From assembly GCA_045805285.1 (NCBI GenBank), contig JBJMLN010000121.1, forward strand, positions 8,126 to 72,125: a stretch of 64,000 bases of DNA, in the 5' to 3' direction. Below the pieces are notes generated by a model, which had not been told where the DNA came from, did no database searches, and saw only the letters and a program-made list of their open reading frames with translations. This DNA comes from Actinomycetota bacterium. Lineage in GTDB: Bacteria; Actinomycetota; UBA4738; JBJMLN01. Both the position numbers and the translations under genes were made by a program. Positions 8,942-18,551 of the stretch are shown here, one piece after another (position 1 is the stretch's first letter; each line of letters opens with the position of its first letter).

Positions 8942-9797
8942 GCGGGCGCCGTCCGACGACGACCCGTGTGACCTTCAGCTCCCCGCCCTTCGTGCTCTTC
9001 ACGTCGGTGAGCCCCGCGCCGCGGAACTTCGAGGCCACGCCGCGCGAGCGGTCCGGGCTCACCTCCACGACGAGCCAGCCGCCGGGCCGCAGCCACGTCG
9101 CCGACGCGCTCGCGGTCCGCTCCACGAGGCCGAGGCCGTCGACGCTGCGGTCCGAGAGCGTATGGGCCGGCTCGAAACGGCGGATCTCGTCGGGAAGCTC
9201 GCGGAGCTCCCCCTTCGCCACGTACGGAGGATGGAGCGTGATCACGTCCACCTCGCCCTCGATCCGCCTCGGAAGCGGCGCGAACAGGTCCCCGCGGACG
9301 AACGTCGCGCGCACACCGAGGCGCCGGGCGTTCGCTCGCGCGAGCTTCACGGCGTCCTCAGCGATGTCGGTGCCGAACACCTCCGCGCGTGGAACCTCGT
9401 TCGCAATCGCGAGCGCGACCGTGCCGCCGCCGCTCGCGATGTCGACCACGATCGGCTTCGGCCGCCTCGCGAGCCGTCGAATGGCTTGCTCCACCATGAA
9501 CTCGGTGGAGTCGCGAGGAACGAACACGCCGCGCTTCGTGGGGATCCGAAGGCCGCGGAACTCCGCGTAGCCCTTGATGTACGGAATCGGCTCCCCGGTC
9601 GCGCGGCGCTCGATCAGCCGGTCGAACTTCCGCGCGCTCGCTGCGGGGATCTCGTCGTCGAGGTCGAAGTCGTGACCGAGGGCGTGAGCGAGGAGCTCCT
9701 CGGCCTCGATGCGCTCGCGGTCGCGCTGCCAATGGTCGATCGACGGCGATGCGATGAGCACCGATTCCGCGCGTGCGAGGAGGTCTTCGGCTTCCAA
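8934..9797 (-). CDS. HemK/PrmC-family N5-glutamine methyltransferase paralog
   Basis: RRATGEPIPYIKGYAEFRGL...VFVPRDSTE; VDIASGGG SAM motif; HPPY in place of NPPY; TTG start inferred. Confidence 0.85.
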   Translation of the reverse strand: MEAEDLLARAESVLIASPSIDHWQRDRERIEAEELLAHALGHDFDLDDEIPAASARKFDRLIERRATGEPIPYIKGYAEFRGLRIPTKRGVFVPRDSTEFMVEQAIRRLARRPKPIVVDIASGGGTVALAIANEVPRAEVFGTDIAEDAVKLARANARRLGVRATFVRGDLFAPLPRRIEGEVDVITLHPPYVAKGELRELPDEIRRFEPAHTLSDRSVDGLGLVERTASASATWLRPGGWLVVEVSPDRSRGVASKFRGAGLTDVKSTKGGELKVTRVVVGRRPRG

Positions 9798-9869
9798 GGC
9801 GCGCAATCCTACCCGCGGAACGATCAGGCGAAGGCTCGATGTTCGTTCCTCGTCGATACAATCCGAGCG

Positions 9870-10235
9870 ATGGCCAGATCGACCCGTTCCCTCGCTCCGG
9901 TTCCCCGAGCCGACGGCGGCTCGCACGAGGTGAAGCTCACCGGCGACCGCATCGTCGTCGCGTCGCCCGACAACGGCGAGCGACAGTCGCGCGGCGGCCT
10001 CCTGATCCCGGCGACGGCCGCGCCCGCTCCGAAGCGGTGCGTCTGGTCGAAGGTCGTCATGGTCGGACCCGACGTTCGCACCGCGCGGCCGGGCGACCGC
10101 GTGCTGTTCCTGCCGCAGGCGGCGCTCGAGGCCGAGATCGACGAGGAGGAATACCTCCTGCTCCGAGAGCGTGACGTGCAGGCGCTCTCCACGGCGCCGG
10201 AGCCCGGCGAGCGTACGCCCGGCCAGTACCTCTAG
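9870..10235 (+). CDS. GroES-family co-chaperonin paralog (actinobacterial GroES2 type)
   Basis: GDRIVV...GGLLIPATA...VVMVGPDVRTARPGDRVLF...YLLLRERDV...GQYL; TACAAT -10 seven nt upstream. Confidence 0.85.
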   Translation: MARSTRSLAPVPRADGGSHEVKLTGDRIVVASPDNGERQSRGGLLIPATAAPAPKRCVWSKVVMVGPDVRTARPGDRVLFLPQAALEAEIDEEEYLLLRERDVQALSTAPEPGERTPGQYL

Positions 10236-10244
10236 CTCGGGCGC

Positions 10245-10646
10245 TTAGCCCTCGAGGAACGACAACCGCACCGTTCGCCTCGGGTTGTCCCGGTTCGGAT
10301 CGACCAGCACGATGCTCTGCCAGGTGCCGAGCGCGAGCCGTCCGCCCGTGACCGGAATCGTTACCGACGGGGAAACGAACACCGGCAGGAGGTGATCACC
10401 TCCGTGCCCGGCGGAACCGTGGGAGTGCCGGTAGCGGTCATCGCGCGGGAGGAGCCGTTCCAGCACCTCCTCGAGGTCCTCCTCCGAGCCTGAACCCGTC
10501 TCCATCAGGGCGACGCCCGCGGTGGCGTGCAGAACGAAGACATTGACGAGACCGTCGCCGTCGTTGCTCACGAAAGACCGGACGTCGTCGGTGAGATCGA
10601 CGACGCGCCGCTTCGAGCTGTCGACGTGGAGTTCGGTCGTGCGGAT
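10245..10646 (-). CDS. YjbQ/UPF0047 family protein
   Basis: VLHATAG...YRHSHGSAGHGGDH...LALGTWQSIVLVD; start appears to be ATC after GAGGA RBS. Confidence 0.85.
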   Translation of the reverse strand: MRTTELHVDSSKRRVVDLTDDVRSFVSNDGDGLVNVFVLHATAGVALMETGSGSEEDLEEVLERLLPRDDRYRHSHGSAGHGGDHLLPVFVSPSVTIPVTGGRLALGTWQSIVLVDPNRDNPRRTVRLSFLEG

Positions 10647-10656
10647 CGCGGATTCC

Positions 10657-11370
10657 TCAGACGGTCGGCGGCGCGTCCTCGTCCGTCGCGGGCGGAGGCG
10701 GCGGCTCCATCGGAGGTGCGGGCTCGGCGGAGGGCTCCATCGGACCTGCGGCCTCCGCGGAGGACTCCACCGCGGGCGGAGCGTACGGCGGAGGAGCGAC
10801 CGCGACCGCGCCACCTGGCGTCGCCGCCATCCGGGAAGCACGGATGCCGAGCGCCCCGCCGATCGCGCCGATCACGCCGGCGACCGCGACGAGGATCACG
10901 CCGACCCCGACGGAGATGTCGAAGTGGACGAGCTGCAGCACCTGCCGCGCCTGGTCGACCGACACCTTCCCACCCGACTGCGATGCGATGGTCTGCGCGA
11001 CGGAGTCCGACGCGTTGCTCTTCGCCGTCGTGATGTCGTAGATCGCGACCAACGCTGCCACGACACCGCCGAGCAAGGCGATGATGGAGACGGCGGTGAT
11101 GTTCCGGCCGCGCATGACGAACATCACGCCGCCGAGGATCACGAGGACGATGCCGGCGATCAGCGTGATCGTGCCGTCGCCGTCCATACCCTTGACGGCG
11201 ATCGTCGCGGATCCTCCACCGAGGGCGGAGGCGTCCGCGGTGACGCTGAACCACGTCAGGAACGATCCGAGGATCGCCAGGAGGCCCCCGATAACGGTCA
11301 ACACCGCCGCGACGGGAGACGCCGTCGGCGGCGAAGCTTCAATCGGTTCCGGCTGCGGCGCGTCCATCAC
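10657..11370 (-). CDS. Hypothetical multi-TM membrane protein with Pro-rich tail
   Basis: Four hydrophobic segments, GC-typical codon usage, GAGGGAGG RBS. Confidence 0.75.
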   Translation of the reverse strand: MMDAPQPEPIEASPPTASPVAAVLTVIGGLLAILGSFLTWFSVTADASALGGGSATIAVKGMDGDGTITLIAGIVLVILGGVMFVMRGRNITAVSIIALLGGVVAALVAIYDITTAKSNASDSVAQTIASQSGGKVSVDQARQVLQLVHFDISVGVGVILVAVAGVIGAIGGALGIRASRMAATPGGAVAVAPPPYAPPAVESSAEAAGPMEPSAEPAPPMEPPPPPATDEDAPPTV

Positions 11371-11530
11371 GGCCTCCCTCTCTCCTCAACGGCTCGGGTC
11401 ACGGCGAGCCCCCGCGCGCCGCTCTCCGCCGCAGTCTCGCAGACCTTGACCTCGAACCCTCGGAGGACCGCTTCGGGGTGCCGTCAGTCCCTCGTTGACG
11501 GCTACGGTGTAACGATGTAATCATGTATGC

Positions 11531-12061
11531 ATGACACGACAGCGGAACATGTCACAGGAAGAGGTCCAGGGCTGGTTCGCCGGACGGCTCCCGGACGGGT
11601 GGTTCACCGGCGCCCCCGAGGTCTCCGCCGACCGGGAGGAGATCCTGGTCGTCGGCACGCTCCCCGATCCGGAGGTCGCCAAGGATGCGGCCGCCGACGT
11701 CGTGAACTCCGCTCGAGAGGCCCGCATCGACGGATTCCGAGAGGACACCCGCGACCAGCGGATGCGGATCGCCGACGAGGCCCAGCAGCGATTCGGTCGC
11801 CGCGTCTCCTGGGGCGCGAGCGCCGGCGACGTCCGGAAGCTCTTCACGACCCTCAGCATGCCCGTCATGACACGTCTGCGGATGTCAGAGCGTTCCGTTC
11901 TGGACACGCTCGTCGACGCGGGAGTGGCGCGCAGCCGGAGCCACGCCCTCGCGTGGTGCGTGCGGCTCGTCGGAGAGAACCAGACCGAGTGGATCGAGAA
12001 CCTGAGAAACGCGCTGGTGGCCGTGGAGAAGGCCCGCTCAGAGGGTCCCTCCACCGGCTAG
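11531..12061 (+). CDS. Conserved actinobacterial hypothetical protein with RHH-like C-terminus
   Basis: GWFAGRLPDGWF...PVMTRLRMSERSVLDTLVDAGVARSRSHALAWCVRLV; TTGACG-N17-TAATCA promoter upstream. Confidence 0.75.
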   Translation: MTRQRNMSQEEVQGWFAGRLPDGWFTGAPEVSADREEILVVGTLPDPEVAKDAAADVVNSAREARIDGFREDTRDQRMRIADEAQQRFGRRVSWGASAGDVRKLFTTLSMPVMTRLRMSERSVLDTLVDAGVARSRSHALAWCVRLVGENQTEWIENLRNALVAVEKARSEGPSTG

Positions 12062-12088
12062 GCACGGCCGCCTGAGCAGCGGCCGGGC

Positions 12089-12286
12089 CTACTCCGTGAG
12101 GCCCATCCGATAGAGCATGCGGTTGCGCGCGTGGTCGATCAGCGCGACCTCCTCGACGCCGTTCTCCCGGAGATCGCGCCACGAGTCGCCCATCCACGCC
12201 TCGGCGGCGTCGGAGTCGTCGAAACGCGCGGAGTGGCCGACCTCCTCGCCGTTCGCATCGACGTAGGTCCAGCCGTATCCGCTCAT
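12089..12286 (-). CDS. Small hypothetical protein (65 aa)
   Basis: MSGYGWTYVD...FDDSDAAEAWMGDSWRDLRENGVEEVAL..., actinobacterial-looking small protein. Confidence 0.65.
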   Translation of the reverse strand: MSGYGWTYVDANGEEVGHSARFDDSDAAEAWMGDSWRDLRENGVEEVALIDHARNRMLYRMGLTE

Positions 12287-12355
12287 GAAGACGCCCCCCG
12301 GAGCTCCACCGAACCAGCGTACCGAAGCCCTTCGACCCCTTGGCCACCTGGGGGT

Positions 12356-12383
12356 TTGACGCCCGGGAGACCGTCGGTAGCCT
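12356..12383 (+). promoter_or_regulatory. Sigma70-type promoter of the SLH-NlpC/P60 gene
   Basis: TTGACG-N16-TAGCCT. Confidence 0.55.
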
Positions 12384-12485
12384 GGGCCGATCTTGCGGCC
12401 CCTCCGCTCGCTAAAGGATTCTCGGCGCCGCGCCGAGGTGGGGGATATGACCCCATCGACGGCGTTCCGGCGTGCCTCCGGAAGG

Positions 12486-13700
12486 ATGCTTCCGCTGCTG
12501 TTGGCCTTGCTGGCGACCTCGCTGCTGCAAGCTCCTCCGGCAGTCGCGACGTCGCAGTCCCAGCTCACGGCCGGCGAGGCAGGCTCCGGTCCGCAGGATC
12601 CCATCGTCGTCGAGCACGCTCCTCGCGGCGCGCGATTCAAGGACGTGTCCGGGAGCAGCTGGGCCTACTCCGCGATCAGCTACGTCGCCGCGTCGCACAA
12701 CTGGATGGCGGACTTCGGCGACCGTTTCCGTCCCAACCTCGTGGAGACCCGCGAGTACCTCGCGCGATCGCTCGTCCGGGCATTCGCTCCCGGAGCGGAC
12801 GTCGAGCACTCGAACATGAAGTTCAAGGACCTTCCGAAGAACGACCGCTTCAATGGGTTCGCGAGCGTCGCCGTGAAGCACGGCTGGATGGGCCGGACGA
12901 ACGGAAAGTTCTCTCCGAAGAAGGCCGTCACGGAGACGACCCTGCACCGCGCGCTCGTCCTCGCGCTCGGACTGAAGGACGTCGTCGAGGGGCTGAACAA
13001 CATCCACACCGCCGACGGCTACCACTTCAAGCACAAGAGCTCCATGGCGCCGCTGCTGCTCGGGATGCAGCTCGGATTCCGTTACAACCACTCCACCGAA
13101 GCGATGGACGTCGATCCGAAGACGAAGCTCCCGCGCAGCGAGGTCGCGTACTCGCTCTGGCGCGCGGCGCTCGACAAGACGACGTACTCGTACAAGCTCG
13201 CCGCCGTGCAGCGCTACAAGACGATCGAGCTTCCGAAGCTGACGAAGAACATGCGACAGGTCGTGAACTTCGGGCTCCGGTGGGTCGGCTACCCCTATAT
13301 CTGGGGCGGCGAGTGGTTCCGGAAGTCTCCGTCCGGCTACTGCTGCGGATATCAGCCGCGCGGAGGTTTCGACTGTTCGGGCCTCACGTGGTGGCTGATG
13401 AAGCGCGCGGAGTCCGGCTACAACAACACGAAGATCCGGGGCTACCGCGGGTGGTCGTTGCCGCAGCGGAGCTCCTCTACGATGGCGGCCGTCGGAAACA
13501 GCGTGAACTTCGAGAACGCCGCTCCCGGTGACCTGATGTTCTACGCGAGTGGAAGCGTCGTCGACCACGTCGACCTGTTCATCGGGAAGGGCTGGGCGCT
13601 CGACTCCTCGAGCGGCTACGGAGGCGTCTCGATCATCTCGCTCTCCACCGGTTCGTGGTACCGCGACCACTTCCGCCACGCGCGCGACATCACCGGCTAG
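12486..13700 (+). CDS. Secreted NlpC/P60 (C40) endopeptidase with SLH-like repeats
   Basis: Signal peptide; FKDVSGSSWAYSAI..., FKDLPKNDRFNGF... SLH-like; GYPYIWGGE...FDCSGL...HVDLFIG; start uncertain (12393-12486). Confidence 0.85.
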   Translation: MLPLLLALLATSLLQAPPAVATSQSQLTAGEAGSGPQDPIVVEHAPRGARFKDVSGSSWAYSAISYVAASHNWMADFGDRFRPNLVETREYLARSLVRAFAPGADVEHSNMKFKDLPKNDRFNGFASVAVKHGWMGRTNGKFSPKKAVTETTLHRALVLALGLKDVVEGLNNIHTADGYHFKHKSSMAPLLLGMQLGFRYNHSTEAMDVDPKTKLPRSEVAYSLWRAALDKTTYSYKLAAVQRYKTIELPKLTKNMRQVVNFGLRWVGYPYIWGGEWFRKSPSGYCCGYQPRGGFDCSGLTWWLMKRAESGYNNTKIRGYRGWSLPQRSSSTMAAVGNSVNFENAAPGDLMFYASGSVVDHVDLFIGKGWALDSSSGYGGVSIISLSTGSWYRDHFRHARDITG

Positions 13701-14086
13701 CTTTCCGCCTCCAGCAGCTTTCGTTCCTCGCCGGTCAAGGGCCGCGACCGGCTCGTCTGCGGATCCCGCGGAACGATGACCGCAGCCGCCTCCGCGGAGA
13801 GCGTTCCGTCGCGTTTGCGGATCTCCTCCCGCGTGCGGATGCTCGACGTTCCGATGCGATCGAGCTCGCACCGGACGATCACCTCTCCGTCGTCCTGCGT
13901 GAGCTCGTTGCGGAAGTCGACCTCCACGTGCGCGAGCACGAAGTCCCATGTGTCCGTCGCCGAACCGAGGATGCCCTGGATCCATTCGTCCCGCGCCCAC
14001 TCGAGGTACGTCAGGTACACCGAGTTGTTGACGTGTCCGTAGGCGTCCATGTCGCGCCAGCGGATCTCGATGCGGCGCTCGTGCAT
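13697..14086 (-). CDS. Acyl-CoA thioesterase (4HBT/YbgC family)
   Basis: IRWRDMDAYGHVNNSVYLTYLEWAR. Confidence 0.92.
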   Translation of the reverse strand: MHERRIEIRWRDMDAYGHVNNSVYLTYLEWARDEWIQGILGSATDTWDFVLAHVEVDFRNELTQDDGEVIVRCELDRIGTSSIRTREEIRKRDGTLSAEAAAVIVPRDPQTSRSRPLTGEERKLLEAES

Positions 14087-14087
14087 G

Positions 14088-14333
14088 TCAGCTCGCCTCG
14101 TCATCGGCGAGGCGCTCGACCTCCACGCCCTGATCGATCAGCCACGCGACGGCGTCGGAGAGGTTCTCGTCGGTGCCCTCCATCTCGAGGATGACCCAGC
14201 CGTGGCCCTCCTCGGGATCGACGTTCGCCCGCCGGATGTTCGTGACGAGGCTGAAGCGCTGGCCGACGGAGTAGATGACGGGCTCCCGGAACAGCTGCTC
14301 GGGAAACGCGAGGTGGAACTTTCCCTTCGCCAT
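14088..14333 (-). CDS. NIL-domain protein
   Basis: LAFPEQLFREPVIYSVGQRFSLVTNIRRANV...GWVILEMEG...AVAWL...GVEVE. Confidence 0.85.
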   Translation of the reverse strand: MAKGKFHLAFPEQLFREPVIYSVGQRFSLVTNIRRANVDPEEGHGWVILEMEGTDENLSDAVAWLIDQGVEVERLADDEAS

Positions 14334-14336
14334 CGA

Positions 14337-15149
14337 TCAGGTTCCGTCGGGCGGGTTCATGCTGCCGGAGCGGAACCCCTCCAGGTCGATCGTGACGAAG
14401 CGGTAACCGAGATCTTTCAGCGCGATCGTGACGGCGTTGCGATGCTCGACGAGCCTCGTGATGTCTTGTGGTTCGACCTCGACGCGCGCGACGTCGTCGT
14501 GCACGCGCACGCGCACCTGGCGGAACCCGAGCTCCTTGATCGCTCGCTCCGCCCGGCCGACCTTCGAAAGCTCCTCCACGCCGATCCTCACTCCGAACGC
14601 GAACCGCGACGATAGGCAGGCGGACGCCGGCTTGTCCCAGGTCGGCAATCCGAGCTCCCTGGAGAGCTCGCGCACGTCGTCCTTTCCGAGGCCGGCCTCG
14701 ACGAGCGGATGTCGGATCGCGCGTTCCGCGGCGGCTCTCAGACCGGGCCGGAAATCGCCGAGGTCGTCCGCGTTCGCGCCGGAAACGACGTGTGCGAAGC
14801 CTTCCTGCCGCGCGAGATCTCCGAGGACGTCGTAGAGCTCGGTCTTGCAGTGGTAGCAGCGATCCAAGCCGTTGGCCTGATACGCCTCCATCTGGACCTC
14901 GTGCGTCCGGACGGTGCGGTGCTCGATGCCGATCGTGCGAGCCGTCGCGCGGGCGGTTTCCAGCTCTCCCGGAGGGAGAGACGCCGAGACGGCCGTGACG
15001 GCGAGGGCGCGGTCACCGACGGTCCGTGCCGCGACCGCCGCCACGAGCGCGGAGTCGGCGCCGCCAGAGAACGCCACGAGAACGCTCTCCATCTCCGCGA
15101 TCGTGGAGCTCAGACGTTCGGCCTTCTCGGAAAGGAGGACGACGGCCAT
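14337..15149 (-). CDS. larE: LarE-family ATP-dependent sulfur transferase (PP-loop)
   Basis: VAFSGGADS, RCYHCK, GANADDLGDFRPG, WDKPASACLSSR, GFRSGSMN. Confidence 0.88.
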   Translation of the reverse strand: MAVVLLSEKAERLSSTIAEMESVLVAFSGGADSALVAAVAARTVGDRALAVTAVSASLPPGELETARATARTIGIEHRTVRTHEVQMEAYQANGLDRCYHCKTELYDVLGDLARQEGFAHVVSGANADDLGDFRPGLRAAAERAIRHPLVEAGLGKDDVRELSRELGLPTWDKPASACLSSRFAFGVRIGVEELSKVGRAERAIKELGFRQVRVRVHDDVARVEVEPQDITRLVEHRNAVTIALKDLGYRFVTIDLEGFRSGSMNPPDGT

Positions 15150-15209
15150 GCGCGGCATCCTCCCACACGCATGGGGACCCGCCGTCACCAGCTCTCCCGG
15201 GAACGAAGA

Positions 15210-15236
15210 GCGGGCCCGGCAAGTCGCCGGGCCCGC
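15210..15236 (-). terminator. groEL terminator hairpin
   Basis: Perfect 11-bp stem GCGGGCCCGGC-N5-GCCGGGCCCGC followed by TCTTCGTT on the minus strand. Confidence 0.7.
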
Positions 15237-15302
15237 ATCTTCTGGAGAGAGGGGGGCTCCACCTGGTCGTTCGACGCCCTCGCCCTCGGGGTTCAAGCCG
15301 TT

Positions 15303-16946
<1,644 letters not shown>

Positions 16947-16967
16947 TCAGCCTCGGGATCTGCGTGC

Positions 16968-16994
16968 TTAGCACTCTCCGGGAGGGAGTGCTAA
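16968..16994. promoter_or_regulatory. CIRCE element (HrcA operator)
   Basis: Exact TTAGCACTC-N9-GAGTGCTAA just downstream of a TAGAAT -10 (16998-17003, minus strand). Confidence 0.97.
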
Positions 16995-17088
16995 AGCATT
17001 CTACCCAGGGTCCGGGGCCTCCTGACAAGGGAGATTTCTCGCCGGGCGCTCTCCCGACGAACCGGAAGCCGCGGCGCGCCGGGCCCGC

Positions 17089-18387
17089 CTACCGATGGAG
17101 CTCGTCGTGCGGTGTTCGCAGGCCGTCGCGGAGAAGCGACGGCAGGCGGGCGCGGTCGCGGACGAAGATCCCGACGCCGAGCGTGACGTAGACGCCCGAG
17201 ACGAGGATCAGCTCGATTCCGTGGACGGACGGCGGCAGGACCGCCGCGAGCAAGAACTGAGCGGCGAACAGTCCGATAAGCGCCCAGGCCTCGCGAACGG
17301 AGATCGACAGGCTCGCGAGAACCGCGACCGCGAAGAGCGATTGCGCCGCGGTGAGCAGGAGCTCCTCCCGCTGGTTCGCCTCGATCGGCAGACCGTGCAG
17401 AGAGCCGCTGGCGATCGCGAACACGAACGGGAGCGTTCCGACGAGGAGCGTCCACTGGTTCACCTTCGAGGAGACGAGCGCTCCGAGTCCCGCGTCGGTG
17501 TTGAGTCTCCACGCGAACAGGCAGGCGACGAGGAGCTCCGGCGCCTCCGAGGCGAGCGGCGCCACCCACTGCACGAGGAAGAACTCGCCGACGCCGAGAT
17601 CCTGCCCGGTCGCGACGAGCGCTTCGGCGAAATGCTCCGCGGACAGGAGGATGACGGTCGCGGAGAACGCGAACATGGCGATGACCGCCGCGCGACGTTG
17701 CGCGGTCGGCAGGGCGCCGAGCGTTCGTGACGGCCCGACGAGGTGGGGTTCCTCGGCCGGTCCCTTCGAGACGCGGATCGTGTAGGCGATGAAGATCCCG
17801 ACCAGGATCGCGCCGTCGATCAGCGTGATGGAGTGCTTCAGTGGAAGCAGGAGCGAATAGCCGGTCGCGACCGCGAGGAAGGCAAGCTCCACGGAGTGCG
17901 AGCGCCGCAGGGTGATCGCCTCGAGGCGGCCACCTTTGCGTCGCGTCCGATACCACGCGATGAAGACGACCGCCGCCCAGCCGACGCCGATCAGAAGCCG
18001 GTTCGCGCCGGTCATGTTCGCGAGCGCGAGTGAGCAGGGGGAGTCCGCCGTGACGCCGGGCGCGTGGCACGCGGCGCCGTAGCGCTCCACGGCGTTGCCG
18101 GCCTTCCACGCGAAGACGAAGTCGACGGCGTACTCCGGAAGGACCGCGATGAGGGCGAGGAGGGCGAGCGCGAGCCCCGCGGAGATGTCGAGCTGGGCGA
18201 CCTCGGCCCCCCAGGCGAGGAGGAACGCCGCGCCGACGATCGCGGATCCGAAGAGCAACGCTTCGACGGGATGCGAGGCGCCCGGGTCTGCGATCCGCAG
18301 CACGATGCCGGGAACGGTGAGCGCGAGGGCGACGCCGATCGGAAGGAGCGACCGAGCGGTCGTGAGGGGGTTGGGAGCCGGTTCCAA
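17089..18387 (-). CDS. CaCA-family (Na+/Ca2+-type) cation antiporter
   Basis: About 10-11 TM segments; alpha repeats AVLPEYAVD and APLASEAPE...SSKVNQWTL; TGGAGG RBS then TTG. Confidence 0.88.
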   Translation of the reverse strand: MEPAPNPLTTARSLLPIGVALALTVPGIVLRIADPGASHPVEALLFGSAIVGAAFLLAWGAEVAQLDISAGLALALLALIAVLPEYAVDFVFAWKAGNAVERYGAACHAPGVTADSPCSLALANMTGANRLLIGVGWAAVVFIAWYRTRRKGGRLEAITLRRSHSVELAFLAVATGYSLLLPLKHSITLIDGAILVGIFIAYTIRVSKGPAEEPHLVGPSRTLGALPTAQRRAAVIAMFAFSATVILLSAEHFAEALVATGQDLGVGEFFLVQWVAPLASEAPELLVACLFAWRLNTDAGLGALVSSKVNQWTLLVGTLPFVFAIASGSLHGLPIEANQREELLLTAAQSLFAVAVLASLSISVREAWALIGLFAAQFLLAAVLPPSVHGIELILVSGVYVTLGVGIFVRDRARLPSLLRDGLRTPHDELHR

Positions 18388-18411
18388 CGTGAGCCTCCAG
18401 TCCTGTCGGAC

Positions 18412-18506
18412 CGAAGGTCTCGTCCCCGGAAACCCGGGGGGCCAACCGAGCCGCGCCACGCGGCCGTGATGACGGTTGAAGCCCGCTTGCGGACTACTCC
18501 CCTTCG
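18412..18506 (-). ncRNA. yybP-ykoY (Mn2+-sensing) riboswitch
   Basis: Minus strand GAAGGGGAGTAG...CAACCGTCATCAC...CGGTTG...GAGACCTTCG matches the hallmark AAGGGGAGUAG / CGUCA / GAGACCUU elements; lies in the 5' UTR of a cation transporter. Confidence 0.88.
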
Positions 18507-18551
18507 AGGTTCCAGGGTAGCAGCGGGGTCCGTCAGTTAGATTCCGGCGCC

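Noticed and set aside
10690-10760. PMEP repeats in the membrane protein tail
   Set aside because: Ordinary low-complexity Pro-rich linker.
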